Shown one piece after another: positions 34,701-45,834 of a stretch of DNA of 64,000 bases. The stretch is from Phoronis australis. Taxonomy: Eukaryota > Animalia > Phoronida. The DNA is taken from assembly GCA_002633005.1 (NCBI GenBank), contig NMRA01000258.1:62001-126000 (forward strand). Reading direction: 5' to 3'. The notes under the pieces are model-generated. The model was not told the origin of the DNA, made no database searches, and saw only the letters and a list, made by a program, of their open reading frames with translations. The position numbers and the translations under genes were made by a program. Within the stretch, counting starts at the first letter, position 1. Every line of letters begins with the position of its first letter.

Positions 34701-37700
34701 TGCATGTAATGCAGCCAGGTGTGCGCACTGTGACCAGGTGAGGTAAACACAATGGCTCAACATGACTCACCTGTTGAATGTCAACTTTAATTTCAGGAAA
34801 CAAGTTAATGAATTTGATATAGGTAGACAGCAGGAGACCTCTGGTGGCCGGGCTACACAAATGGAACTTGGAGTGAAGCAGTTGGAACTGAACCATGGGG
34901 CTGTGGAAGAACACAGAGCATAATAAGACATGTGGTGGAGCAAGATACAATGTGTTCAATGTAAGATGGGTGATGGAGCAACATACAATGTGTCCAAAGT
35001 AGAATAGGTAATGGAGCAAGATACAATGAGTTCAATGTAGTATGGGTGATGGAGCAGAATACAATGTGTTCAATGAAGGACGGGTGAGGGACAAGATTCA
35101 ATGTGATCAATGTAGGATGGGTGATGGAGCAGAATACAATGTGTTCAATGAAGGACGGGTGAGGGACAAGATACAATGTGTTCAATGAAGGGCACATGAG
35201 GGAGCAAAATATGGTGTGTTCAATGCAGGAGGGGTGAAGGAGCAAGATACAATGTATTCAATGCATAATAGGTGATTGAACAAGATACAGTGTGTTCAAT
35301 GAGATTTCAAGCAAGTTGTTGCAACACAAAACACACCCATAATGATTTCCTAATCATTTTCAGTACATAAATATAAAATGATACAAAATAAAATGTGAAA
35401 AACACTTGAGACCCTAGCGACTAAAATGTTTTAAACCTCATATTGTCTCAGTAAAATGACCACAAAATTAACCCAATGTGACGGGACGTTCGTAACTTTA
35501 CGCTTATTGTTATTCTTATTTAGTTGCAAATGTTCAGTTATTCTTATGCTAATGTCTTTGTTGCGTCTCAGTGCGCCTTTGTTACGTGGGCATGTGGGCG
35601 CGACTGTATGTGTCGGGGACTTCGCTAGCGACAGGCTTAGGAGAAGGGTGTTTCCCTTCTTTTGCTTTCATGGAAAGTTGATCGTTATCATGTGCAAATT
35701 GAACTGAAACGAATGCCTGATGAGAGAAAATACATATTTTGAGGTTCAGTGGAGACTTGCTCTGTTACACCAACATAGAAGAAAAGATAAAAAGAATGTT
35801 AGTGTCAGAGTTCAAATGTCAGCTACAATTACCTTGAGCGTGGATCTCCAGCGATGAGGTTACCAAATTCACCCAAGATGTAGCCCCCCACCTTCACCAT
35901 GTTCTCGTGACAAGCAGGAGCTTGAAGGGCCTGAGTAATAAAGCAACATTATATGAGCGACAGGTGGGCAAATGGGACAAAACACAGGCGTAGAGTGAAA
36001 CCAGTCATATTGATGAACAAGCTTCCTGAATAAACAATGACTTGATCAAACTGATTGTTCCATCGCACTAGTCATAAACCTGGAATGCTAACAGTAAAAC
36101 TTCACCAATTGCCGATAAAAAGAATAGCCAAAGCTGCCTCGTTTCTTTTTCTAATGTGGTGTGAATGTTAATATTGTCTGTTGGTAGCTATGGTACTGAA
36201 CTCAAACTTGGTAAAACAATGTAATTTTGGTTCTTCATTAGTTAACCACATTGTGTCCTAACTGGTGAAATTTGACAGTAACAGAGTAAGCCTGACAACA
36301 GAGGGCACCACTCACCTCGAAGACTGTCTTAGCAGCGTATCCCTGGACATCATCTCTGTTGATGACTATTTGGATGACGCGGTACCACACCTGTCAATAT
36401 GACAAACTATCAAACTGTCTGTGCCACAACCCAAAGCAGGCCATATAAGCATAACAATTGGGCAAAGATAGTTCACCATTGTACCTAGACTTGCATCATT
36501 GGAATTTTAGTCATCTGCTCCTCATGGATTAAGACAGGTCGACTTCATGCGTGATATTGTATTTATTTAACAAACATCATCATTAGTGTCATCTTTAAAA
36601 CCTCTGTTTTCGTACCACATATAACTACAAGATGGATTATGCTCAGTCAATGGCTTGCTTCTGTGTCTACATTCACTCAAATGCAAAAATTCATTCTGGG
36701 TTAATCTCGGCAATTTTTTCTACACTTAACTATGACATTACAGTATTTTTCGGGAAAAAAGAAGACAAAACAATGTCCCGCATTTTTGAAATTATGGTGA
36801 AAACCCAGCAAGAAGCCAGACAACAAATAAAACTAGATTGTTTAAGAATTAGCTATTTAGAAATTTCACTGATTTTTGACAAACCAAATAAAATTTAACA
36901 CTCACATTATAGGCAATAATCACTCACAGAGATCTGGCATTTTGAGAACCAGTTTTCTCCACTGAATAGCCGGCATCAAACTGGTTCTTAAAATCAGGGA
37001 CTTCAGACCTGTAAATGACTATTGCCAACAGACAAAACTAAGTAGACCATTATGTTTCAACAAGAGGACCACTTACCTCCTCACTGACATAGTCTCCAGC
37101 TATTCGTATAAGATTCAATATCGTATCCACATACCATGTGTAGTCTACAGCATACTTCTCAGCCAAGATAGCAACCTTCAACACCTGAGACACACACACA
37201 GTGGCAGAGCTAGTACATACAAGTAGACCACCAAGTTGTCACGGATACCTTGTCAAGGCTTTTTGTATAGTATTATTCAGTGAACATTACCTACGTGCAA
37301 CAGAGTAACTACCAGTGATAGAACAAAATGACAGCAAAACTGAGAATCCGGTAGAAGACAGGAGCCAAATGTCAGTCTTAATGCAACAAATCACGATTCT
37401 AAGCAAAGAATTTCTTTTATTGGTTAAGAATTGCATGTGATTAATTACCATTTCCTCTCTAATGGAGTAATCAGCCGTCTCAAGATACGCCAGCATCTCC
37501 TCAACTATTTTGGCAGCATTACTGCGATCACACATAGCGTAGAGCAGATCAACAGCCCTCTGGCGAACACTCACATCTCTCTCAGTCTACAAGGAGTGTG
37601 AAGGAATCAATAATCATGGGTCTACAATGTGATTATTGCACAAGGAATACTTACTCGCAAGTGAACATTAGACACACAAGAGGTTAGCAGCTGGCCTTTA

Positions 37701-40700
37701 AAGCAACCTTAATACACGTACTTTGCTTGAACTTAAAGCAAATAAGCAATAGAAGTCTAATGAAGCAACAGCTACCACTGAACAGCATTTATTTCAAAAC
37801 TACATTTGCCTAGACCTCTAACATAAGAAAGGAGCGACACAACGCAAGACAAATTACCTTCAGGGCAGAAATGACTGTTTCCTGGTGCGTCTTTACAGCT
37901 TCGTGAGAAAATTCAGATGTGGCCAACAAGCACATACTCTCCAAGGCAAGATATCTACAAACGGACAAGCACTGTATACAATAAGATAAATGTGTGACTG
38001 ACCATCGTTTCTAATTTGTATTGCTATTTAAATGCTTTTAACAGATATCTACTAATACTTGAAATCCGTGCACGACACAAGGGCAGCATGAGGTAAGTAT
38101 ACTTTCTTCAAGTTCACTGAGTTCACCAGTTTAACATACTATCTCATTAACAATTATAGTTTCACCTCGTATGATTAATGGCTTCACCCTCGAAATACGT
38201 ATCTGTGTTGCCAGAGTCATAATTCTCGCTCTTTGTTACCGACCTTACTAAAAGTGCCCAAACAAAACTCACCCATACACCTTCAGTTGCCCATGACAAC
38301 TGAACTCACCTAAGGTTAGTCTCCCTGTGCTGTAGAAACTGTCCCAGCTGGTTACAAGCCCGCACCAGGAGGCTGGGGTCACTGTCCAAGTGTATAATAA
38401 GGTTGATGGCCTCAAACAGCACTGCATTCTTGGCATTGGAGTGCTGCACCTTCTTGGACTTGGGAGGCTCCTGTGCCTTGTTCAAGATTGTCTCCAGGCA
38501 TTCAGCGAGTCCTGCGCGTACGGCAGCGTCCTCTGTAGGAGATAACACGAAATAGTGATGGCTCAGTGCTCTGAACTTTCAAGATAAGAAGAATTGGATG
38601 GTGGGAAAACTTAATTCACACAAAAAAGGAAAGCCACCATCTTACTCCGGTCTAACTAAAAATGCTTCTGCATTAAAAAGGCTCCGTGAGCAATATAGGT
38701 CACATTTATCTGCACTACAGAACGTAGTTGGTGAGTTAACTATTTCAAGAACCTAGACTGAGTGTCACAAGCTTGACACAGACTATGAAACTCAACAAAC
38801 ACTGGCTACTAGATATTTTTATAGACATTCAACAAAACAGTAGTTACTTTACTCACCAGGTGGAGGATAATGTTGTAACAGGCGGAGCAATTTGACTGAC
38901 AGCCAGGGGGCGGGGACAAAGTAATAAGTGTAATCTTGAAGGTCAGTATAGGAAGAAGTCACAATCTGGAAATAGAGCAAAAATATTAAGGAAACATGGA
39001 ATGGAACAATGAAATTGCATAACAGCCAACAAAGTTATTAATATCATAATATCTCAAATGGCTAGATACAGTTTTTAAATTAAACTTGAAAATGAGTTTG
39101 AGAACGTAACTGAGAACATGTTTCAAATATTGTTAACAAAGTTTTCATTGTTTCACTAACTACATAAAACACCCACAGAGAGACTATTTTGTAGCAAGTC
39201 TGCCACCATAGACCTCTGTGTTGATTGCCACCATTTTGATATACGCAAAGGTTTCTGGGAAAAGGCTTTGAGTTTGGAGGAGATTCCTACACAACAAGCC
39301 TGTAGGGGGCTCTGTGTGTGTGTGGGTGTCATAATCAGAGCAACCAAAAGGACAGGTATGTTCAATCTGGTAATAGGTTTTGACTATCTCTTGCAGAATA
39401 AGTAGTGTGAAGAAATATACCAAGGTTGTAATTTTTTTGTAAGATAAATAAATGGCTGTATAACAATTTTTAATCTCAGTAGAAGAAACCCACTCCACCA
39501 CAATCCTAACATCATTTCTAAAATGAGCGTAAAATATTCTTATGAGTAAAATTGTCCGAGTTTATTTCATTAATCATTTTCTAAGCAATGTCAGCTAATC
39601 TTTTCATGTTCAAGTTGTTTAGTTTTCAAAAGACTTTGTTTGCAGAAACTGTCATTCTGAAGTTAGCGATTTGCATTTTGGAATTTCAGTGTCAGTGAGT
39701 CCAGCCTTTTTCTGCGAGACTAGTTAAATACTCTTTTCAATTAGTTAGCAATCGGGCATTCTGATGTCGGATATAACAAGCTTCAAACCGTTACCAATCA
39801 AAGAATTCACGAAGGTGTGAAAATGTCAAATAAATGAGCCAAAGGGCATTCACCTTTTGGAACATCGGCCCTTTGGGAAATTGGCTTTTTGTAGGTGTCG
39901 ACCCTTTGGACTTTTGTTGCCTGCAGCGGGAATTCCACTTCCTACACATGGCCCGTCGGATTATCGAATAAGCTTCCAACTAATTTTTTGTTTTTTTTTG
40001 TGTTAAATGGTACACCTCGATCTCGAAATGTTTTCAGCCCGAAAACATGAAATAAATTAAGTTTATTCAATCACGCGCCGTCTACTATATATGCCATTCC
40101 CACAATAAACTCTAACATACTGCTTTGCGTGACCAGTGGCGCCGCCCTAGTGAATTATTTACAAACTGCTATCAACAACACAGTCTATTGTATGGAAAGC
40201 AATGACAAGCTGAAGCTAAAGTGATGACACAAACCCTGCTAAGACGCGACACAGCCAGCTGTACACACAGCTTGTATTCACCAGGGTTCTTCTTTACAAG
40301 AGCTTCAATCAGACTAGCTGCAGCCGTAACCACACCCTAAAACACAAATGAGGCATTGCTTATTTTGGGACAGTTGAAACTGTAGCCAAACTTTGAGAGC
40401 CATGCAGAACATATACATTAAACAACTGGTGCAGTTGCTTTTAAGTATCTTAAACTTTCTTTTCAAAAGATGACTTAGGCAAAGCATGATGCAGACATGC
40501 GCAGTGGCCACTCATGTACCAAAATAATGTTTCTCCAGATATCAGGAAACTAGTGACTTAACTGGAAGATTTAAAGCTATATCGAGTGCTGTATAAATAA
40601 TATCACCATTACCTTGCTACAATGCAATTCTCACAATGGCATGAGTTCAACATTTTGACTTAGCCTCACAAAATTTTTTTGAGTATTGAAAAAACTCAAT

Positions 40701-43700
40701 TCAATAAACTCAAGCGAACAACTCTCCTTTTCTTTGTTAATTCTGTGACCAGGTTGAAGCTCATAGGTGCTATTTTCAGCTTAACAAACCATTACCTTCT
40801 TGGTTCAACTTAATTTGAAGTTGTGAAGCAACGATTATTATATAACTAAATGGGAGCAGGACACTGAGTGCTCAAGAGTTTAAAATATTGCATAATCTCA
40901 TTTAATTGTAATGTTTAAGTGCAATTCTGTGATTGTGTTAAAAAGAATATTTAACAATGAAGTTAGATCACATCAGCTCACCCACCATGTGTTTGTCATT
41001 AAGAAGCTGAACGATGCGAGACGCCCATTCATCCATTTTTATAGCATCTGGCGATGAGCGTATTAACCGCAAGAGAGTCAGCGAAGAACTCTGTTTCACG
41101 CTGTCAATGGTATCCCTGTGAAAAAAAAAACAATTATGCATCAAGTAATAGTGATAGATGCAGGTAAACTTAATTGTTATTCAATAAGTAAACACTGTAC
41201 GACACAACTAGAAACCTGAAGCTGATGGAGAACAGACTTACTTAAAAAATATAAAATTCAACGCTATCTACACGCAGAGTACAACCTGTAACAAAGCAAT
41301 TCATAATTGAATAATTTAGTATAGCCACACTGTCTGGTACCCTGCATAGTGCCAGACATCAACTCATAAGCTGCATCTAAGTGAAGGAAAATAGGCGTGG
41401 AAATGGTAACTTGCATCTGTTGCGTAGCCTTATTCAAATGTCGTGCTGATTACTACATACTTTAACAGCTAGAACCTTTAAAAGTGATTTGGGACTGAGC
41501 TGGAACTAGTGTGGTTATGTGGTCATAGTATATACAGTATACACCGTACACACAGTATACACAGCTGATTGATTGATCTCACATGTTAATCCATGTTTGT
41601 GAACATGACTGGGAGGACGAACTATGTCTAGTTACCTGATGAAACAGTGATAGAAAGTGATGAAAGTTACATGGAATGACATGGGCAACTAACAGAACCA
41701 AAATAACGAGTGACTGCTCAGGTCTTAGTATAAAGCTATTATAAGTGGTTCCTTGTAAACTCAGTTGTGATTTCGCTCACTGAATAGATAACCCAAATTC
41801 AAACTCTCATGTTCTAGCATTTTTTGACTGATGAACACTTTATGGGATCCGTCAGTGTGCAGAGAAATACTCAACATGCACAAGTGATTACTTTACTTAG
41901 TTCTTTCATAATGCTTGACCATTAAACATAGTTATAAGCAATCAATTTTTTAAATCACCAAAATTTGGTAATAATGGTTCAAATTTGCATAAAACGCATG
42001 GGGGGCACAAAGGACCATTTTCTTACTCAACTAATTGGGTACAACAGATACCTCTGACACAAAAATTAATTACTAAATAGTTACCAAATAAGGAGTAAAT
42101 TAATAAATTTTGACCAAGACAAATCCACGTGGTTTCATAACGAACATGCGATGAAGCCGAAAATACACAAAGATACAAGGAAGTGCAGTTCAAAATCACC
42201 TACCCAGCTACAAGTAGGTTTGGTATCTCTTTCTTGAGCTCCTCAGCCATCTCTGTAGAGCCTAGGTTGGCCACACATTGAAGGGCCAGGCACACGAAGA
42301 CAGGGTTACGGCCACGAAGGTCATTCTTAATGGCTTGAATCACCAGCTTCATCAACTCACTGGTGGCACCAACCAGGACAGAGATGAACAGATAGCCCTG
42401 AAACATGGACATCAAACCGATCACACAGATGAATACCCAGCCCTGAAACATGGATAGGAAACAGATCTTACAACTTGGACCATGGAATGGAAACACTTGG
42501 CACAGGTGGACATGTAGCCCTGGAACATGGATGTGAAACAGATGATACCAAGAACATGGGTGGGAAGCAGGTTATAGAGATGAATAGGAAGCCCTGGAAC
42601 ATGGAAATGTAGACTTAAACAACACAAAGAAGTTTAAAAAAATAGCAAAAGCAACGTAGATCAATACCAAACCAGGAACATCACGGAACAAGAAAAAAAC
42701 AAAAAAAATGATGAACCACCAAATAAATGGGTCACAGTTTGGCAACAACACACAGCATCATCAATAATCCACTGACAATTTCAAATAAATTAAGATATCC
42801 CTTAACAACTTACTATCTGTTTCTCAGTGTACTTGTTAGAGCTGAGCAGGTTAACAGCCTCCATATGACCAAAGTCAATGTCATGGCCAAGCAAGAAGAT
42901 GAAGAGAAGTTTACACACATACTTCTTTTTCTGGTAACCATCCAAGGTCTTGTCTCCTGCAATAACAAAAACAACCCGTAGTAGTGAGATAACTATCTTG
43001 ACTCAAGCTGCCATTCCGTGTAACGAATATAAAGCGATGATAATAACAACCAAGATCTAAGACAATATTCGCCAGATATTTATTGTTTACGTTGCTATGA
43101 CATGTGATGTACTATTGCACTATATGTCTAAGTTGGATTTCAGCAACAGGAAAATATTTTTTAACAATTTAGGGATAATGCATGATATTTAGAGACTAAC
43201 AGAAAATGTTGGTTACTGTCAAATAAAACATGCTGATAGTTATCTTTCCTAAAAAGTTTCATTGTTTCAAGAAATCCTCCTCCTAAATGAACATATTAAG
43301 CTTTACCATATCCCAATGTGATGTTAGATTTTAGTTGAGCGCATATCTATCAGTGACAAAGTAGTACAACGAAATGTGACATCACCGCACAAAAATAATA
43401 CATCCGATGGATGGTAAATCAGAGGGGTAAATTAACTGTTTCTATAACTGCATTTTAGGAAGAGTAAATTCTTACAAATTATAATTTTTAACATCATTTC
43501 AAAGCCCAAAATGGTCAGGATTTTGATCAGCGAAGTGCAGGCAGTAATATCAAGTAGAGACAATTCCCAAGACAGTGACTGTAATTGAACATCTTGTGTC
43601 AGTGATTCATGTCTTATCAGAGGGATTAAGATTTGCCTGCTGAACTGCTGTGAACAGCTCGCATTCATTCAATTGAAGCTACAGGGTCACAGGAACAAAG

Positions 43701-45834
43701 AGTACATCAACAAACCGATGATGTATAGACTAGACCTACTCATTAATCACTGCATGTATGATTTTAATGAAACAAGTGTTTGTTGACAGTAAGCTAAACA
43801 ATTACAGAAACAAAAAAGAACTTTTACCCTAAAACTAAAGCACACATTCAAGTATGTGTGGATATTTAGCCTTGGTATGACAATTGTCAGGTGATTTATT
43901 TAAACAACTAACTGCTAGTACAGCACACACTATGACAAGAAGGAAAATTATATAGGGGCTGAAAGATTAGATAAGGACATAAAAAATGGCAAGGGAGACC
44001 CCCATTCGTGTTTACTTAATGTTTGTTTTTGGAATTTTCAAACAGCGGGAGGGGTTGGAATTTTGGGCCTGATGGGGGAAATTTTGTGCAAGCTTCAAAT
44101 ATTTTTCACGGGGGACTAAGGTCCAAAAACCAAAATATTGAGGGCCCTGACCTTTGGTCAATTTATTTCAACCTGAACCTACTACATAATGTCTAAAAAT
44201 GGAAAGTATGAATATCACCGAGAACATATCATAAGGAATCTTTATTGTACTGCAGATTTCATGGGGAATTCGTCAATTACTTGGCGTACACTTTTGGCAA
44301 TTGACAATTGATATGGTGGGTGAAACTAAATGTTTATCAGACCAGCAGGAAGTCTCTCAGTCATAAATCTTAATGGAACACATATGCTGAAACGATTCCA
44401 TGACCTTGCATTTAAGTCCAGTTTAGAACCACTAAACCCCAATCCTGGACCATCAAACACAGTACCGATACAAATTTCCCATCTGCGACCCTGAACTCCA
44501 CACAGGCAAAGTAAATAGGATGGACTGTTACCAAAAGCTAAAAATAGTCCATACCCAAGGGCCAAACTCCAGCCCCTTACCATGGCACGGACATGGAATC
44601 GTTTCCACATTCACATGAATAGAAAAAAAACCCACCTTTAAACTTTGACCTGATGTTTGCCAATTCCTTGTTTATTCTTTTAACTTCTGCCTCACGACTT
44701 TTGCCTGAAAATTGTGACAATACGTGGAACAAAACATTTGGCTCCGGTTAGAAGAAATGATTTGAACAGTTAAATCAAGCCAAAAAGTAGGGTACCCAAT
44801 CTGAACTAGACCCATGAAGGTAATTTTGCGTCAGAAACCTCTTATTTGTCTGCATTAACACCCACAGCCTTCAAATTGAGAAATCAACATTTAAAGGGCG
44901 TAAAGTGGAGTATTGGCAATTAAAAACAAAATTAATAAAAAGGAAAGAGTAAGTGCGTAATTCAATGGTTCATTAAGTTATATTTATCACAGTCCACTAC
45001 TTTGTGTGCAAGAAAAAGCTTAACATAGATTAACGTAGCCGATTCTTAGTCTCAACAAAGCAAATCGTGTTTTGGTGCATTCCACAGTATTGGTTTTGTT
45101 ACAGATGTGACATTCAGACAATTTAAATTCCAATATAAAATTAGTAAAACATCACAGTAGTAAGAAATTTTAAGTACACATTACACACTTGATGGAAGCA
45201 CTTCAGGTATCAAAAGTTTTTAATTCTGCACATTATAAGTGTACTAAAATTTACTTTTAATTAGTGTTACAGATGTGACCGAAAATGCCATGGTTAATAT
45301 GCTAATGGTGGTTTGTCTAAAAACTCTGTTCTGTCTTTCATATTATGGAACTAGTTTCCCTATAGATAATTTAACTATTTATTTGGCTATAACATGAAGA
45401 AAAGGTTTTTGAACTAAAATNCGTCTTTAACTTACAGTTGCGTATATCTTATATAAACTAGGAAACAAGGCTTGGACATGTATAATATCGCCTTTAACTT
45501 ACAGTTGCGTATATCTGATATAAACTAGGAAACAAGGCTTGGACACGCATAATATCACCTTTAACTTACAGTTGCGTATATCTGATATAAACTAGGAAAC
45601 AAGGCTTGGACATGCATAATATCGCCTTTAACTTACAGTTACGTATATCTGATATAAACTAGGAAACAAGACTTGGACATGCATAATATCGCCTTTAACT
45701 TACAGTTACGTACATCTGATATAAACTAGGAAACAAGACTTGGACATGCATAATATCGCCTTTAACTTACAGTTACGTATATCTGATATAAACACGGCCA
45801 GGCCTCGCATCACATCCCCCTTAACACCAGGCAT
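19696..45834 (-). CDS. AP2A: AP-2 complex subunit alpha (alpha-adaptin), 23 coding exons, ~944 aa
   Basis: Exons (minus): 45834-45771, 44704-44636, 42956-42814, 42397-42204, 41115-40986, 40336-40235, 38965-38857, 38532-38310, 37954-37858, 37586-37449, 37184-37077, 36390-36316, 35930-35833, 34900-34771, 34168-34067, 31796-31629 (second copy 27928-27761), 25795-25611, 25158-24986, 23958-23835, 23465-23346, 22708-22639, 21408-21274, 19773-19696. They sum to 2835 nt in frame, from [22 protein letters not shown] to [25 protein letters not shown], closely matching vertebrate AP2A1/AP2A2. Confidence 0.97.
19925..20800 (-). mobile_element. Degenerate LINE 3' fragment (RT thumb/C-terminus) in last AP2A intron
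   Basis: ORF fragments [31 protein letters not shown] and [29 protein letters not shown] match typical L2/CR1-group RT C-terminal motifs. Confidence 0.7.
21274..21408 (-). CDS. AP2A: AP2A coding exon 22
   Basis: [45 protein letters not shown]; ag/gt boundaries. Confidence 0.93.
22255..22510. repeat. 84-bp tandem repeat x3
   Basis: aatgcattctactctcaatctattcaggtg... starts at 22255, 22339, 22423. Confidence 0.9.
22639..22708 (-). CDS. AP2A: AP2A coding exon 21
   Basis: [23 protein letters not shown]. Confidence 0.92.
23346..23465 (-). CDS. AP2A: AP2A coding exon 20
   Basis: [39 protein letters not shown]; donor gtcagt. Confidence 0.9.
23835..23958 (-). CDS. AP2A: AP2A coding exon 19 (follows AC acceptor)
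   Basis: [40 protein letters not shown]. Confidence 0.92.
24300..24502. repeat. 68-bp tandem repeat x3 inside the U12 intron
   Basis: ggtttccatgacaacaactagacagagttg... at 24300, 24368, 24436. Confidence 0.9.
24496..24956. repeat. ~230-bp direct duplication split by a single N (24726); probable contig-overlap artefact
   Basis: 24496-24725 is nearly identical to 24727-24956. Confidence 0.8.
24986..25158 (-). CDS. AP2A: AP2A coding exon 18 (precedes AT donor)
   Basis: [57 protein letters not shown]. Confidence 0.92.
25611..25795 (-). CDS. AP2A: AP2A coding exon 17 (hinge)
   Basis: [60 protein letters not shown]. Confidence 0.9.
26319..26990. repeat. 60-bp minisatellite, ~11 perfect units plus gap 26010-26318
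   Basis: gacattttatactgcattatcttctagattggggggttctctacagaattcatgattaatgatttggttcacaacaact-type block recurring regularly; a single unit in copy B (~30628-30703). Confidence 0.85.
27761..27928 (-). CDS. AP2A: AP2A coding exon 16, copy A (duplicate)
   Basis: [56 protein letters not shown]; intact ag/gt. Confidence 0.75.
28182..28284 (+). mobile_element. Short 5'-truncated LINE 3'-end insertion with A-tail and 9-bp TSD, present only in copy A
   Basis: TSD tttcattac at 28173-28181 and 28276-28284, AATAAA at 28247, A-run 28267-28275; empty site at ~32041-32050 in copy B. Confidence 0.75.
28823..30314 (-). mobile_element. DNA transposon 3' half (Mutator-like/Kolobok-type DDE transposase), truncated by contig join
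   Basis: Begins after TTAA (28819-28822) with GGTGGG...; absent from copy B (empty site ~33856); contains the transposase ORF. Confidence 0.8.
29466..30314 (-). CDS. Transposase C-terminal part (Mutator-like/Kolobok-type)
   Basis: [51 protein letters not shown], terminal YAPGGF*. The first ~37 aa of the listed ORF lie beyond the N and are intronic. Confidence 0.8.
   Translation of the reverse strand, partial: NFKYSTVLSDGDAKTYAAIQQADIYPVEKADCTNHVCKRMGTALRNLVEQKKARGESISGRGKLTEKTIKKLTNYYGRAIKDNPGDLEKMEQAVWASFFHTISTDDDPHHARCPRGEDSWCFYNRARAMNEVPRPHSGTLPREIGLQLVPIYQRLGDQQLLRRCLSGKTSNANEAFHSTVWRVCPKERWSSRRSVDTALAICIQRFNKGSSAMLDVLAELDVVAGNYAVRYSEASDVARVSKSNRKCTNKAQARREAVERGRLRERQERQGREGVQYAPGGF
31184..31370. 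repeat. 52-bp tandem repeat x~3.5 (single unit in copy A ~27472)
   Basis: agaccaagctctacaagctggcttgtcatgacgtgtcatttgttatagttgg at 31184, 31236, 31288, 31340. Confidence 0.9.
31629..31796 (-). CDS. AP2A: AP2A coding exon 16, copy B
   Basis: Same 56 aa as copy A; intact ag/gt. Confidence 0.8.
32354..33650. repeat. 45-bp minisatellite spanning gap 32566-33287 (single unit in copy A ~28568-28612)
   Basis: gtaggaagaccaaaataatagagaggacaagtaccgacactgtgc repeated; explains the repetitive ORFs in the track. Confidence 0.92.
34067..34168 (-). CDS. AP2A: AP2A coding exon 15
   Basis: [34 protein letters not shown]. Confidence 0.94.
34380..34745. repeat. Degenerate ~19-20-bp tandem repeat
   Basis: gtgtgtaccgcgaccagga-like units. 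Confidence 0.8.
34771..34900 (-). CDS. AP2A: AP2A coding exon 14
   Basis: [43 protein letters not shown]. Confidence 0.94.
34930..35302. repeat. ~38-bp degenerate minisatellite (~10 units)
   Basis: ggagcaagatacaatgtgttcaatgtaagatgggtgat-like units. Confidence 0.85.
35833..35930 (-). CDS. AP2A: AP2A coding exon 13
   Basis: [32 protein letters not shown]. Confidence 0.95.
36316..36390 (-). CDS. AP2A: AP2A coding exon 12
   Basis: [25 protein letters not shown]. Confidence 0.95.
37077..37184 (-). CDS. AP2A: AP2A coding exon 11
   Basis: [36 protein letters not shown]. Confidence 0.95.
37449..37586 (-). CDS. AP2A: AP2A coding exon 10
   Basis: [46 protein letters not shown]. Confidence 0.95.
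37858..37954 (-). CDS. AP2A: AP2A coding exon 9
   Basis: [32 protein letters not shown]. Confidence 0.95.
38310..38532 (-). CDS. AP2A: AP2A coding exon 8
   Basis: [41 protein letters not shown]...QHRETNLR. Confidence 0.95.
38857..38965 (-). CDS. AP2A: AP2A coding exon 7
   Basis: [36 protein letters not shown]. Confidence 0.95.
40235..40336 (-). CDS. AP2A: AP2A coding exon 6
   Basis: [34 protein letters not shown]. Confidence 0.94.
40986..41115 (-). CDS. AP2A: AP2A coding exon 5
   Basis: [43 protein letters not shown]. Confidence 0.93.
42204..42397 (-). CDS. AP2A: AP2A coding exon 4
   Basis: [27 protein letters not shown]...EIPNLLVAG. Confidence 0.93.
42394..42605 (-). repeat. Degenerate tandem copies of the exon-4 splice acceptor
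   Basis: tccatgtt(t/c)cag|ggct (minus strand) at 42409-42394, 42454-42439, 42531-42516, 42605-42590. Confidence 0.8.
42814..42956 (-). CDS. AP2A: AP2A coding exon 3
   Basis: [47 protein letters not shown]. Confidence 0.95.
44636..44704 (-). CDS. AP2A: AP2A coding exon 2
   Basis: [24 protein letters not shown]. Confidence 0.95.
45422..45793. repeat. 67-bp tandem repeat (>=5.5 units, ends at N 45421) containing the first-coding-exon splice donor
   Basis: tttaacttac (minus gtaagttaaa) at 45426, 45493, 45560, 45627, 45694, 45761. Confidence 0.92.
45771..45834 (-). CDS. AP2A: AP2A coding exon 1 (ATG at 45834; acceptor tttgtag| at 45846 implies an upstream non-coding exon)
   Basis: [21 protein letters not shown]|gtaagt. 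Confidence 0.93.

Noticed and set aside
34378-34746. Cys-rich 122-aa ORF resembling a metallothionein or keratin-associated protein
   Set aside because: It arises from a degenerate ~19-bp TGTG-rich repeat antisense in an AP2A intron, with a non-ATG start and several frames open.
44326-44610. 94-aa ORF in AP2A intron 2 and an NPGP tetrapeptide on the opposite strand (~44441-44452)
   Set aside because: No recognisable domain, and the NPGP lacks the D(V/I)Ex part of a 2A motif.
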